DNA of 64,000 bases from Macrostomum lignano. Taxonomy: Eukaryota. The position numbers were made by a program, and so were the translations under genes. The stretch is from contig NIVC01001913.1 in the NCBI GenBank assembly GCA_002269645.1, positions 1-64,000 of the forward strand, given 5' to 3'. The notes beneath the pieces are model-generated. The model did no database searches and had not been told where the DNA came from. It saw only the letters and a list, made by a program, of their open reading frames with translations. How positions within the stretch are numbered: position 1 is the first letter of the stretch; the number at the start of each line of letters is the position of its first letter. This document shows, in pieces, positions 1-12,900 of this stretch.

Positions 1-90
1 CGGGATTAGGGAATATTCGGGATTGGGGAATATTCGGGATTAGGGAATATTCGGGATTGGGGAATATTCGGGATAGGGAATATTGGGAAT
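1..90. repeat. 17-bp minisatellite (GGGAATATTCGGGATT[A/G]), truncated by window edge
   Basis: About 5 head-to-tail units are visible at the start of the window. Confidence 0.85.
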
Positions 91-834
91 AGTAAACAGC
101 GGACCCAGTTATTTTATGATGAAATGAAACCATTTTTACGAGCTATATCACCCAATTTTGCCTACACGCAGTTCAAAATGATACCGCTAAGTGAAGCGAA
201 ATGCCTACACATTCGAGCTGTTCGCACAACTGCTATCTTTTTTCGCCCTCCCTCGCTTTCCCCTCTCGATTTTGTTTTCGGCTCCGCTTGGCAACACGGC
301 TAACCGAAGCTTCGGTCCGGATAAATTCGTCCTGCCAACTTCGCTTAAAACTGCGGGCCAGTGCTTGGCCGCGGGAGCATTGCGTAGGGAAGACAGGGTG
401 CAACTTCTTATATAGTTACAAGCTTTAGTCCTCGGAGAGGCAGAACCGCTTTAGAAAAAGCAGAGGCGACACTTTTTCTGCCCAAAGACCCCGGTCCTAT
501 CCTCCCAATGTTGGAACATTTTTCACTCGATATTCTCTCTCCCCATCCACTAATTCTCTTAGGCTTCTGCATCTTTCTGGGTTTTTCAGTCTTCTCTTTC
601 GCCTCAATTATTTTCTTCTATTTTGTGCCCGTCTTTCTCAGCTCTCGTTCGGTAGCGAAATCAATTTTTGGGCATCTGACAGGGTCTGAATCGAGTTTTA
701 ATTAAATAAACTTGTTAATTTGTTGCTAATATAGATAGTAATACTAGGAATTTAAAAAGAAATATAGAAAAAAACTAATATACCTAAACAACAGATTGTA
801 CATTATATACAATAAACAAAAAAACCAATCGACA

Positions 835-1510
835 AAAAATCGCAAACCACAGACAGCAAATTACAAACCACAGATGAGTAACAAACCACAAGACAACAAA
901 TCACAAAACAATTGACAACAAATCACAAACCACAGACAACAAATCACATACCAATTGACAACAAATCACAAACCAATTGACAACAAATTTCAAACCAATT
1001 GACAATAAATCACAAACCACAGACAACAAATCACAAACCACGGACAACAAATCACAAACCACAGACAACAAATCACAAATCACAGACAAAAAATCACAAA
1101 CCACAGACAACAAATCACATACCAATTGACAACAAATCACAAACCAATTGACAACAAATTGCAAACCAATTGACAATAAATCACAAACCACAGACAACAA
1201 ATGACAAACCACAGACAACAAATGACAAACCACAGACAACAAATCACAAACCACAGACAACAAATCACAACCACAGACAACAAATCACAAACACAGACAA
1301 CAAATCACAAACCACAGACAACAAATCACAAACCACAGACAACAAATCACAAACCAATGACAACAAATTGCAAACCAATTGACAATAAATGACAAACCAC
1401 AGACAACAAATCACAAACCACAGACAACAAATCACAAACCACAGACAACAAATCACAAACACGGACAACAAATGACAAACCACAGACAACAAATGACAAA
1501 CACGGACAAA
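835..1510. repeat. 21-bp minisatellite (ACAACAAATCACAAACCACAG)
   Basis: Head-to-tail units with ATTG/ACAG variants; these produce the periodic ORFs at 901-1492. Confidence 0.9.
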
Positions 1511-2191
1511 TCACAATAACTTACCAAAGGCAAGGGCAAAAATCAGAGCGCAATACTTCATTTTGCTAGTAGAAGTTTTTCAATTTCAACAGACAATCGT
1601 AGAGTCCAGGGACAACAAACAGCAAGACACGACTTCAGTAAAGTTGATTGCAGCGCAAATTTATGCTTGACTCCCGCCCAACTGCTCCCGAGCTTGCTTA
1701 TCTCGCACCACTGCCTGCTCGATTCCCACATTTCGACATTTCCAGTTTTTTTGTCGTCAAGCATTTCTAAGACGTTTCTTCCGCTAACTTGAGCAGTTCA
1801 AATTGCTTTTTCTTGTCAGCGGGGAAGATCGCGCGAGAAGTTTTTTTACATAATTCTGCCTCCACACCTGTCAGAGTCTGGGAGTCGTCTCAGCTGGTGC
1901 CTCCGGCTGTCATTCACAGCCAGGCGGCCCCTACCTGTCAACTACATGTTCTTCTTGCTGAGCTCCCCATTTCACCGGCGCTCTGGCATTCGGCGACAGG
2001 TGGCAACAAATGTCACTGCTGGCAATTGTGTTATTGATGGCTGGCGTTTGGCGCGTTCTGTAATGTCTGTTCTGTCTAATATTTGTCCATTCTGTAACCC
2101 TGCATGCATACATTTCTTTGCATTTTTGAGTCGGTCTGTCCGTCTGTCTATGTGTCTTAGTGTCTTAGTGTCTTAGTGTCTTAGTGTCTTT

Positions 2192-2650
<459 letters not shown>

Positions 2651-3370
2651 TGTCTTTCTTACTTCCTCACTCGTATGATTGCTTCTTTCCCACAGTCTAG
2701 TAAAGCCAAGCCTAGACTCTTTTCTCAGGTCGTTTTTTGCCATAGTGTTCCGAGAAACATGGAGAAAGCAGGGGTTTTTACGCCAAAATCAACTTGATAT
2801 CAGAAATGTTAGTCTGATTTTGTCATTCGAAGCCTTAGTCACAAATTTTTACTTCAAGTTTTCTTTGAATGTCCACTAATTTTGCTCCACCGCGGATTCA
2901 ATTGCTTTCTTTTTTTCCTCTAGCATTGCTTGCCTCTATCCCGCCTACTTAATTACTGCTTATTTAGTTTGCAAGGAACTTTTGAACTTTTTTGCCAGTT
3001 CTCTGCCGTCTGCGCGGTTTGCCAGAAACGGTGATTACTTCTGGCTCGTGTTCTCCCGTTCCACACGCACCCTTCGCCAGCTTCAAGGCTGTCTGCTGCA
3101 TCAGCGAATAAAAGTGCTTCCTCCGGGGGGGATTTTCCAGGTGCAGCGATCCCCAAAGCCGGAATATTTTTTAGCACCTCTCCTCTTCCAGTCTTGAATA
3201 AATCTATTCCGACGGACAGACTGGCCGAAAGAAGCTTGATTGACGGCTTTGGATGCAGAGTTAAATTGATTGGATTACCGAAATGCGCGGCTGCTGGCGT
3301 CAGTCTGATAGCGCACTGGCACTGGGCTGCTAGCGCGAATGGCCTGCTTGACTTCAAAGGCTAAAAACAC

Positions 3371-4141
3371 TTTGAGCACAGTCAGTATTTGAGCACAGTC
3401 AGTATTTGAGCACAGTCAGTATTTGAGCACAGTTAGTATTTGAGCACAGTCAGTATTTGAGCACAGTCAGTATTTGAGCACAGTCAGTATTTGAGCACAG
3501 TCAGTATTTGAGCACAGTCAGTATTTGAGCACAGTCAGTACTTGAGCACAGTCAGTATTTAAGCCCAGTCAGTACTTAAGCACAGTCAGTACTTTAGCTT
3601 AGTAAGTATTTGAGCACAGTCAGTACTTGAGCACAGTCAGTATTTGAGCACAGTCAGTACTTGAGCACAGTCAGTATTTGAGCACAGTCAGTATTTGAGC
3701 ACAGTCAGTATTTGAGCACAGTCAGGATTTGAGCACAGTCAGTATTTAAGCACAGTCAGTATCTGAGCACAGTCAGTATTTGAGCACAGTCAGTACTTGA
3801 GCACAGTCAGTACTTGAGCACAGTCAGTACTTGAGCTTAGTCAGTATTTGAGCACAGTCAGTACTTGAGCACAGTCAGTATTTGAGCACAGTCAGTATTT
3901 GAGCACAGTCAGTACTTGAGCACAGTCAGTATTTGAGCACAGTCAGTGCTTTTGCTGTTTCTCTGAATGTCCGGGTTTGTTATTCCGAACGTATTTACGA
4001 ACGTTATTACGCTCGTAGTATTGTCTCTAGTTTGCTATAGCCATTTACGACAATAATCTGATCCAACTTGAGCACACTCAGTACTTGAGCACAGTCAGTA
4101 TTTGAGCACAGTCAGTACTTGAGCACAGTCAGTATTTGAGT
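3371..4141. repeat. 17-bp minisatellite (CAGTCAGTATTTGAGCA), interrupted at 3946-4066
   Basis: Tandem units at 3371-3946, resuming at 4067-4141. Confidence 0.93.
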
Positions 4142-4499
4142 CATTTTTCCAGGGAAACTCCTACAGGAACATTCGATTGGGACTCGAACGAAAAACGAAC
4201 CATGGAAATTCGAGAAATTTGACAAAGCCGAAATGCATGTTCGTGACTGAGGCTCAAGCGCAAAAATTTTGTGAATGAATTTGGATAGATAAAGGGCGAG
4301 GCAGTTCCGAGCGGCCAGAACACGCGATGCCTCATAGCCTCAAATCTCATCCTGGAGCTCCCAGTCATATGAGCAACCCACCAGTGGGGGCGGGGATTAA
4401 TTGCTATTCCTAAAGATCCCTCTTCCCCAAAAATAGAGTTCGTGCTGGAAAAGAACGCGTCAGGGATTCGAAAAGCTCAAAGAGCTCAAAGAGCATGGC

Positions 4500-5070
4500 T
4501 GATATGGAGTGCGGAGTGAGGTGCGAAGTGAGGTAGATGTGGAGTGGGGTGGTTGCGGAGTGGGGTGAGTGCAGAGTGAGGTAGTTGCGGAATGAGGTTG
4601 GTGCGGAGTGAGTTAGTTGCGGAATGAGGTGGTTGCGGAGTGAGGTTGGTGCGAAGTGAGGTTGGTGCGGAGTGAGGTTGGTGCGGAGTGAGGTTGGTGC
4701 GGAGTGAGGTTGGTGCGGAGTGAGGTTGGTGCGGAGTGAGTTAGTTGCGGAATGAGGTGGTTGCGGAGTGAGGTTGGTGCGAAGAGAGGTTGGTGCGGAG
4801 TGAGGTTGGTGCGGAGTGAGGTTGGTGCGGAGTGAGGTTGGTGCGGAGTGAGGTTGGTGCGGAGTGAGGTTGGTGCGGAGTGAGGTTGGTGCGGAGTGAG
4901 GTTGGTGCGAAGAGAGGTTGGTGCGGAGTGAGGTTGGTGCGGAGTGAGGTTGGTGCGGAGTGAGGTTGGTGCGGAGTGAGGTTGGTGCGGAGTGAGGTTG
5001 GTGCGTAGTGAGGTTGGTGCGGAGTGAGGTGGGTGCAGAATGAGGTGGGTGCAGATTGGGGTGGCGTGGA
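4500..5070. repeat. G-rich 16-bp minisatellite (GTGCGGAGTGAGGTTG)
   Basis: Tandem units; the same family recurs at 5785-6255. Confidence 0.92.
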
Positions 5071-5198
5071 TGAGATGTGCGTAGCAAACACAATTGTACT
5101 TTTTAGGAATATTAGAAACAGTTACTGCTTTTAAGGAGCAAGCAAACGCATACCATATTGAAATCTGCTAATCCGCACCAAATCTGCTTTCTCTTCAG

Positions 5199-5646
5199 CA
5201 CCGGAGATCATCCAAGGCAAGGGCTACAACCGCGCTGTAGATTACTGGGCCCTCGGGTTCTAATCTACGAAATGCTGGTCGGCACTCCCCCGTTCTACGA
5301 CGACAATCCGATGCAGATCTACCAGAAGATTCTGTCCGGCAAGTTCGACTTTCCTCGTGACAGTCCGGTGGATCCGGTCGCTCGCGACATTGTCCGCAAA
5401 CTGCTGGTGCAGGACCGCACCAAGCGGCTGGGCAATATGAAGAGCGGGCCAGACGATGTCCGCAACCATCGCTGGTTCAAGGGAGTCAACTGGCTGGACG
5501 TGGAGCTGCGCAAGATGGCGCCCCCCATTGTGCCCCAGGTGCAGCATCCCGGGGATACGCGCTGCTACGATGTCTACGACGAGCAGGATTGGAAGAAGGT
5601 GCCGTCAGCTAGCGCCGCGGGCCAGGAGCACTTCAGAGATTTTTAA
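5199..5646 (+). CDS. PRKX: Terminal exon of a PRKX / PKA-C3-like cAMP-dependent Ser/Thr kinase, with a 1-nt frameshift near 5255-5257
   Basis: Acceptor ctcttcag|CA at 5198/5199. The exon reads (A)PEIIQGKGYNRAVDYWALG, then in a shifted frame VLIYEMLVGTPPFYDDNPMQIYQKILSGKFDFP...KLLVQDRTKRLGNMKSGPDDVRNHRWF...PPIVP...FRDF*. These are kinase subdomains VIII-XI plus the AGC tail, closest to PRKX as I recall it. No upstream exons were found in the window. Confidence 0.85.
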
Positions 5647-5784
5647 AAATATCCCATTGGTTCTGTCACCCTGTCTGTGCTGTTTCCGAGCCCGTGTGCT
5701 TTTGCTGTTTCTCTGAATGTCCGGGTTTGTTACTAGTATTGTCTCCAGTTTGCTATAGCCATTTACGACAATAATCTGATCCAA

Positions 5785-6255
5785 AATGAGGTAGGTGCGA
5801 AGTTTTGTTGGTGCGGAGTGAGGTAGGTACGGAGTGAGGTGGTTTCTGAGTAGGGTGGTTGCGGAGTGAGGTGGGTGCGGAGTGAGGTGGGTACGGAGTG
5901 AGGTGGTTTCTGAGTGGTGTGGTTGCGGAGTGAGGTGGGTGCGGAGTGTTGTGGTTGCGGAGTGAGGTGGGTGGGGAGTGAGGTAGGTGCGGAGTGAGGT
6001 AGGTGCGGAGTGAGGTGGGTGCGGAGTGAGGTGGGTGCGGAGTGAGGTGGGTGCGAAGTGAGGTAGGTACGGAGTGAGGTGGTTTCTGAGTAGGGTGGTT
6101 GCGGAGTGAGGTGGGTGCGGAGTGAAGTGGGTACGGAGTGAGGTGGTTTCTGAGTGAGGTGGGTGCGGAGTGTGGTGGTTGCAGAGTGAGGTGGGTGGGG
6201 AGTGAGGTAGGTGCGGAGTGAGGTGGGTGGGGAGTGAGGTGGTTTCGGAGTTGGG
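5785..6255. repeat. G-rich 16-bp minisatellite family, second and more degenerate array
   Basis: GTGCGGAGTGAGGTGG-type units, related to 4500-5070. Confidence 0.88.
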
Positions 6256-7084
6256 TTGGTGCTGGGAGAAGTAGTTCTACCGAATCTTCTACCGACTAGC
6301 TTAGTCACTAGAAAAGTAGAAAATAATTTCCAAATTAGGAAAAAACGGCAAAACTTCACTCCTACAGTGTGTGCTAAGTCTGAGATTCAGACTAATACAA
6401 ATTCTACACGTTTGTATGTGTGCTGCTTTGTGAATGCCTCACTAGCTCTGTAAAATATCCCCAGAATTCCCTCGAATGCGCCACTGTGCACGGCTGCGTA
6501 TTTAACTGTAAATTTTCCCTATTTTTGTTCTTAGAAATGTCACAAAACTTTTGTTTGCATTGGAATCAACCCCTGTCCTCCCCCGAAACCACCAGCTGCA
6601 CCAACGTTATTCTGTTCCATTGTAGAATCACAGGACAGTATCTGTCCCATCACTAGATAGCATGTGACTACTGTTGCTTGATTATCGTGTGTGAATCAGA
6701 TTTAACTGCAAAGCTGAGAGCTCGATGGCCAAACAAGATTGGTAAGAGGATTGCAGCCGTTGAGCCTCCACTAAAAAGCAGCGCTAATAGCTCTTATTGT
6801 TTCCGTTTAGGATGCTTTCCGTTTTCACCGAGTGCATGTTGTAACTGAGATGTCTTTATAAACAGTTTATTTTGTGTTTGAAATTGCGACGAATCAAATA
6901 AACTTTGTAAGTCCGCTGTACACCTGCTGAAGGATTTTGTGTCTAACTGATACTTATACTAGAATTGCGCTATTTAATGCTTCAAATGCTTGTCCTTGTT
7001 TTACCCATTTACGAATCACTCTCGTATTTGCTGCGCTTCTCGCCTGTATTATCTCTAACCATTTTCTTACTTTTCTCTTATCGT

Positions 7085-7775
7085 TCCTCCTCTCCGATTT
7101 CTATTCTGTCCTCTCTGTCCTCTCTCCTCTCTCCACTCTGTCCTCTCTCTCCTCTCTCCTCTCTCCTCTCTTTCCCCTCTCTCCTCTCTTTCCTCTCTCT
7201 CCTCTCTCTCCTCTCTCCTCTCTCCTCTCTGTCCTCTCTCTCCTCTCTCCTCTCTCCACTCTGTCCTCTCTCTCCTCTCTCCTCTCTCCACTCTGTCCTC
7301 TCTCTCCTCTCTCTCCCCTCTCCTCTCTCCTCTCTGTCCTCTCTCTCCTCTCTCCTCTCTCCACTCTGTCCTCTCTCTCCTCTCTCTCCTCTCTATTCTC
7401 TCTCCTTTCTCTTCTCTCTCCATCCTCTCTCTGCTCTCTTCTCTCTTCCCTCTTCTCTCTTCCCTCTTCTCTCTTCCCTCTTCTCTCTTCCCTCTTCTCT
7501 CTTCCCTCTTCTCTCTTCCCTCTTCTCTCTCCTCTCTTCTCTCTTCTCTCCCCTCTCTCTTCTCTCTCCTTTCTCTTCTCTCTCCATCCTCTCTCCTCTC
7601 TCTTCTCTCTTCCCTCTTCTATCTTCCCTCTCCTCTCTCTTCTCTCTTCCCTCTTCTCTCTTCTCTCCTCTCTCTTCTCTCTCTTCTCTCTCTTCTCTCT
7701 CTCCTCTCTCCTCTCTCCTCTCTCCTTTTTCCTCTCTACTCTTTCCTCTCTGCTCTCTCATCTCCCCTCTCTCTC
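7085..7775. repeat. CT-rich polypyrimidine low-complexity tract
   Basis: Almost pure C/T sequence with short internal periodicities. Confidence 0.92.
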
Positions 7776-8162
7776 GTGAAACGCAAGTCAATTAAAATTG
7801 TATTAATCTGCGTTTGTGACGACAAAGATGCCAGTCTCGGCTCTACTGGTTGGCCCCAAATAAGGAAGAAACATGCCTTGCATACTTCTGTGTTAAGCTC
7901 AGTCGCTATCATCCTTGTTAAAGTTTTGCTCAATTTTCTTACTAGCAACGAGGCAAGGGCACAGCTGAGCCCACTGCAGACAGCAATGGTACTAAAGAAC
8001 TTACAATCTACTTCAATGCATTGTTGTTCATAAAGAGGCGTTGGTCCGTGCGAAAATTCTCACAAACCGCCTGATTAGTGCAACACTACTAAATAGTGAA
8101 GAAGCCTTTGAGTAATTTCTCAGTTTTTCTTCTCTCTCCGAACTCGACCCGAGATCGGCTCC

Positions 8163-8349
8163 ATGGGCGCAGGCGTTCGCTCGGCCAAGTCTCGGCTGCT
8201 CCGCTGGCTGCTGGTTGCCGGCTGCATCGGCTGCTTCACCTCAACCGTGGCCGCGGCCGCGCTCGACTTCTGGCGCATGGGCGAGTGCAGCACCAATGCC
8301 AGCTGCAAGTGGCATCGCGGCCTGCCTTGGGTCTACGATAATGGCACTG
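8163..8349 (+). CDS. Claudin/PMP22-like tetraspan membrane protein, exon 1
   Basis: ATG at 8163; hydrophobic TM1 (LLRWLLVAGCIGCFTSTVAAAAL) then DFW..C....C.WHRGLPW, resembling the W..GLW ECL1 signature. Donor G|GTGAGT at 8349/8350 (phase 1). Confidence 0.7.
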
Positions 8350-8391
8350 GTGAGTGCGGCATGTCAGCTGGATGGTGCTGCATTGGTGGGT

Positions 8392-8862
8392 TCCTGATTG
8401 GTCATGTGGGTTCCTGATTGCTCATAGTGGTTTCCTCATTGCTCATAGTGGTTCCCTGATTGCTCATAGTGGTTTCCTGATTGCTCATAGTGGTTTCCTG
8501 GTTGGTCATAGTGGTTTCCTGATTGGTCATAGTCGTTTCCTGATTGCTCATAGTGGTTTCCTGATTGCTCATAGTGGTTTCCTGATTGGTCATAGTGGTT
8601 TCAAGATTGCTCATAGTGGTTTCCTGATTGGTCATAGTGGTTTCAAGATTGCTCATAGTGGTTTCCTGATTGGTCATAGTGGTTTCAAGATTGGACATAC
8701 TGGTTTCCTGATTGGTCATAGTGGTTTCAAGATTGGTCATAGTGGTTTCCTGATTAGTCATGGTTTCCTGATTGGTCATAGTGGTTTCCTGATTAGTCAT
8801 GGTTTCCTGATTGGTCATAGTGGTTTCCTGATTAGTCATGGTTTCCTGATTGGTCTTAGTGG
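8392..8862. repeat. 21-bp intronic minisatellite (GGTTTCCTGATTGGTCATAGT)
   Basis: Tandem units filling intron 1 of the tetraspan gene. Confidence 0.92.
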
Positions 8863-9043
8863 TCTCCTGCTTCATGAAACCTTCAACAATTCTTAATGAA
8901 CATATACTCATAGTTTATTATCTTTATTTTTTAAAGTTTGCATTGTATCTGCATTTTAAAAACGATAAAAACGTGCATCCACTGCTACTCATACTTGACC
9001 AGCAGTAGTAATTCCAAGCCTCGCTCTCTTGCAACGCCATCAG

Positions 9044-9193
9044 CTTTCGCAGTGATTGTGCTGCTACTAATTGTCCTCTCGCTGCTGCTGCTGCTGGCGG
9101 TCCTGCTGGCGGTCCTGCTGGAGCTGCTGGTGCCCCGGCTGAAGCTCAACAAGCAGCTCATGATGACCATTTTTGCTCTGTTTATCGCTGCAG
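9044..9193 (+). CDS. Claudin/PMP22-like tetraspan membrane protein, exon 2
   Basis: Phase-compatible acceptor ccatcag|CT at 9043/9044. Reads AFAVIVLLLIVLSLLLLLAVLLAVLLELLVPRLKLNKQLMMTIFALFIAAG. Donor GCAG|GTATGT at 9193/9194 (phase 1). The acceptor position is less certain than the donor. Confidence 0.65.
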
Positions 9194-9258
9194 GTATGTA
9201 AAATTGTTAAACAAATTAGCCCGACACTCAGTACAGCAATAAAACAGGCAGGTTTTAC

Positions 9259-9717
9259 CACAGATACTAAAATAACTAGATGAGCCACTATTCAGACATA
9301 CATACTTATTAAAACAGCTTTCTACTTTCAGTTCAGTAGCAAAGAAGAATACATAAGCTATTTTATGAAAATAAAGCCGGCTGAAATGACTTTGATAAGT
9401 TTAGAAGCCCAAGCTTGCAGGCGTAAACAGCTTGCTAATTGGTTCAGCAATAATGTACATTAGCCAGTCCACTGAAATGTACATGGCAGCTTTAGGCTGG
9501 AATTCCGAGAAAGGCAATAAAATTGGGGCGGGGCGAGGGGGGTAGTGTGAAAAGGCGCGGTTGGAGGGTTTAGCTCGTAGCTAGAGGGTAAGAGCCAATA
9601 AATGAGCCTTGGCTATAAAAATACATTAAAATGCTTACCGTCTAACCTACTACTGAACTGAAAGTAGCTTGCACGCAAATGTGCTGAGTGGCCCATCTAG
9701 TTCTTATAGTACCTGTG
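9259..9717 (+). mobile_element. MITE-like non-autonomous DNA element, copy 1
   Basis: Imperfect terminal inverted repeats (CACAG.TACTA.AA.AACTAGATG.GCCACT ... AGTGGCCCATCTAGTTCTTATAGTACCTGTG) and an inner inverted CTACTTTCAGTTCAGTAG. Near-identical to 58883-59317 and, inverted, to 54563-54988. Confidence 0.8.
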
Positions 9718-9830
9718 AGTTTACTAATATAAGAACATTCGTTCTGTTTTAAAAACGATCTCTATTATTGCGTCTCTCAGTCCCTCATGTACTGCAAAAC
9801 TCAGCCTTCAAATAATTTTCTAAGCTGAAA

Positions 9831-9948
9831 GCTGATAAACTTTTGAGAGCAGCTCGGACAAAATGCCTGCTGGCTGCATTTGCAATTTGGAAGTCCAGAA
9901 GGTGAGAAATTGAGAATTCAGTGCTGAAAAACTGAAAACTTCCCATCT
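9831..9948 (+). repeat. Dispersed repeat arm homologous to 43288-43405
   Basis: GATAAACTT.TGAG.GCAGCTCGGACAAAA..CCTGCTGGCTGCAT.TGCAATT.GGAAGTCCAG.AGGT.AGAAATTG.GAATTCAGTGCTGAA is shared between the two sites. Confidence 0.8.
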
Positions 9949-9967
9949 AAAGCAGCCCCGATTGCGG

Positions 9968-12900
9968 AAGAATCTCGTCAGGGGAATTTCGGCAGGTGAA
10001 TCTCGGCAGGGGAATCTCGGCAGGTGAATCTCGGTGGGAGAATCTCGGCAGGTGAATCTCGGCAGGGGAATCTCGGCAGAAGAATCTCGGCAGGAGAATC
10101 TCGGCAGGGGAATCTCGGTGGGAGAATCTCGGTGGGAGAATCTCGGTGGGAGAATCTCGGTGGGAGAATCTCGGCAGGTGAATCTCGGTGGGAGAATCTC
10201 GGTGGGAGAATCTCGGTGGGAGAATCTCGGCAGGGGAATCTCGGTGGGAGAATCTCGGTGGGAGAATCTCGGCAGGGGAATCTCGGTGGGAGAATCTCGG
10301 TGGGAGAATCTCGGTGGGAGAATCTCGGTGGGAGAATCTCGGTGGGAGAATCTCGGCAGGGGAATCTCGGTGGGAGAATCTCGGCAGGGGAATCTCGGTG
10401 GGAGAATCTCGGCAGGGGAATCTCGGTGGGAGAATCTCGGCAGGGGAATCTCGGTGGGAGAATCTCGGTGGGAGAATCTCGGTGGGAGAATCTCGGCAGG
10501 GGAATCTCGGTGGGAGAATCTCGGTGGGAGAATCTCGGTGGGAGAATCTCGGCAGGGGAATCTCGGTGGGAGAATCTCGGCAGGTGAATCTCGGTGGGAG
10601 AATCTCGGTGGGAGAATCTCGGCAGGGGAATCTCGGCAAGGAAATCTCGGCAGGGGAATCTCGGCAGGGGAATCTCGGCAGGTGAATCTCGGTGGGAGAA
10701 TCTCGGTGGGAGAATCTCGGTGGGAGAATCTCGGCAGGGGAATCTCGGTGGGAGAATCTCGGTGGGAGAATCTCGGCAGGGGAATCTCGGTGGGAGAATC
10801 TCGGTGGGAGAATCTCGGTGGGAGAATCTCGGTGGGAGAATCTCGGTGGGAGAATCTCGGCAGGTGAATCTCGGTGGGAGAATCTCGGCAGGGGAATCTC
10901 GGTGGGAGAATCTCGGCAGGGGAATCTCGGTGGGAGAATCTCGGCAGGGGAATCTCGGTGGGAGAATCTCGGTGGGAGAATCTCGGCAGGGGAATCTCGG
11001 TGGGAGAATCTCGGCAAGTGAATCTCGGTGGGAGAATCTCGGTGGGAGAATCTCGGCAGAAGAATCTCGGCAAGGAAATCTCGGCAGGGGAATCTCGGCA
11101 GGGGAATCTCGGCAGGTGAATCTCGGTGGGAGAATCTCGGTGGGAGAATCTCGGCAGGGGAATCTCGGCAGGTGAATCTCGGCAGGGGAATCTCGGTGGG
11201 AGAATCTCGGTGGGAGAATCTCGGCAGGAGAATCTCGGCAAGTGAATCTCGGTGGGAGAATCTCGGTGGGAGAATCTCGGCAGGAGAATCTCGGCAGGTG
11301 AATCTCGGTGGGAGAATCTCGGCAGGTGAATCTCGGTGGGAGAATCTCGGCAAGTGAATCTCGGTGGGAGAATCTCGGCAGGAGAATCTCGGCAGGTGAA
11401 TCTCGGTGGGAGAATCTCGGCAAGTGAATCTCGGTGGGAGAATCTCGGTGGGAGAATCTCGGCAGGTGAATCTCGGCGGGAGAATCTCGGCAGGTGAATC
11501 TCGGTGGGAGAATCTCGGCAGGAGAATCTCGGCAGGTGAATCTCGGTGGGAGAATCTCGGCAGGTGAATCTCGGTGGGAGAATCTCGGTGGGAGAATCTC
11601 GGTGGAAGAATCTCGGTGGGAGAATCTAGGCGGGAGAATCTCGGTGGGAGAATCTCGGTGGGAGAATCTCGGTGGGAGAATCTCGGCAGGGGAATCTCGG
11701 TGGGAGAATCTCGGTGGGAGAATCTCGGCAGGGGAATCTCGGTGGGAGAATCTCGGCAGGGGAATCTCGGTGGGAGAATCTCGGTGGGAGAATCTCGGCA
11801 GGTGAATCTCGGTGGGAGAATCTCGGCAGGTGAATCTCGGTGGGAGAATCTCGGCAGGGGAATCTCGGTGGGAGAATCTCGGTGGGAGAATCTCGGCAGG
11901 TGAATCTCGGTGGGAGAATCTGGGTGGGAGAATCTCGGCAGGGGAATCTCGGTGGGAGAATCTCGGTGGGAGAATCTCGGTGGGAGAATCTCGGTGGGAG
12001 AATCTCGGTGGGAGAATCTCGGTGGGAGAATCTCGGTGGGAGAATCTCGGCAGGGGAATCTCGGTGGGAGAATCTCGGCAGGGGAATCTCGGTGGGAGAA
12101 TCTCGGCAGGGGAATCTCGGTGGGAGAATCTCGGTGGGAGAATCTCGGCAGGGGAATCTCGGTGGGAGAATCTCGGCAGGTGAATCTCGGTGGGAGAATC
12201 TCGGTGGGAGAATCTCGGCAGGGGAATCTCGGTGGGAGAATCTCGGCAGGTGAATCTCGGTGGGAGAATCTCGGTGGGAGAATCTCGGCAGGGGAATCTC
12301 GGCAAGGAAATCTCGGCAGGGGAATCTCGGCAGGGGAATCTCGGCAGGTGAATCTCGGTGGGAGAATCTCGGTGGAGAATCTCGGTGGGAGAATCTCGGC
12401 AGGTGAATCTCGGTGGGAGAATCTCGGTGGGAGAATCTCGGCAGGGGAATCTCGGTGGGAGAATCTCGGTGGGAGAATCTCGGTGGGAGAATCTCGGTGG
12501 GAGAATCTCGGTGGGAGAATCTCGGCAGGTGAATCTCGGTGGGAGAATCTCGGCAGGGGAATCTCGGTGGGAGAATCTCGGCAGGGGAATCTCGGTGGGA
12601 GAATCTCGGCAGGGGAATCTCGGTGGGAGAATCTCGGTGGGAGAATCTCGGCAGGGGAATCTCGGTGGGAGAATCTCGGCAGGTGAATCTCGGTGGGAGA
12701 ATCTCGGTGGGAGAATCTCGGCAGGGGAATCTCAGTGGGAGATTCTCGGCAGGTGAATCTCGGTGGGAGAATCTCGGTGGGAGAATCTCGGCAGGGGAAT
12801 CTCGGCAAGGAAATCTCGGCAGGGGAATCTCGGCAGGGGAATCTCGGCAGGTGAATCTCGGTGGGAGAATCTCGGTGGGAGAATCTCGGCAGGGGAATCT

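Noticed and set aside
6937-7795. Leu/Ser-rich and Glu/Arg-rich ORFs of 118-280 aa
   Set aside because: These are translations of a CT-rich low-complexity tract.
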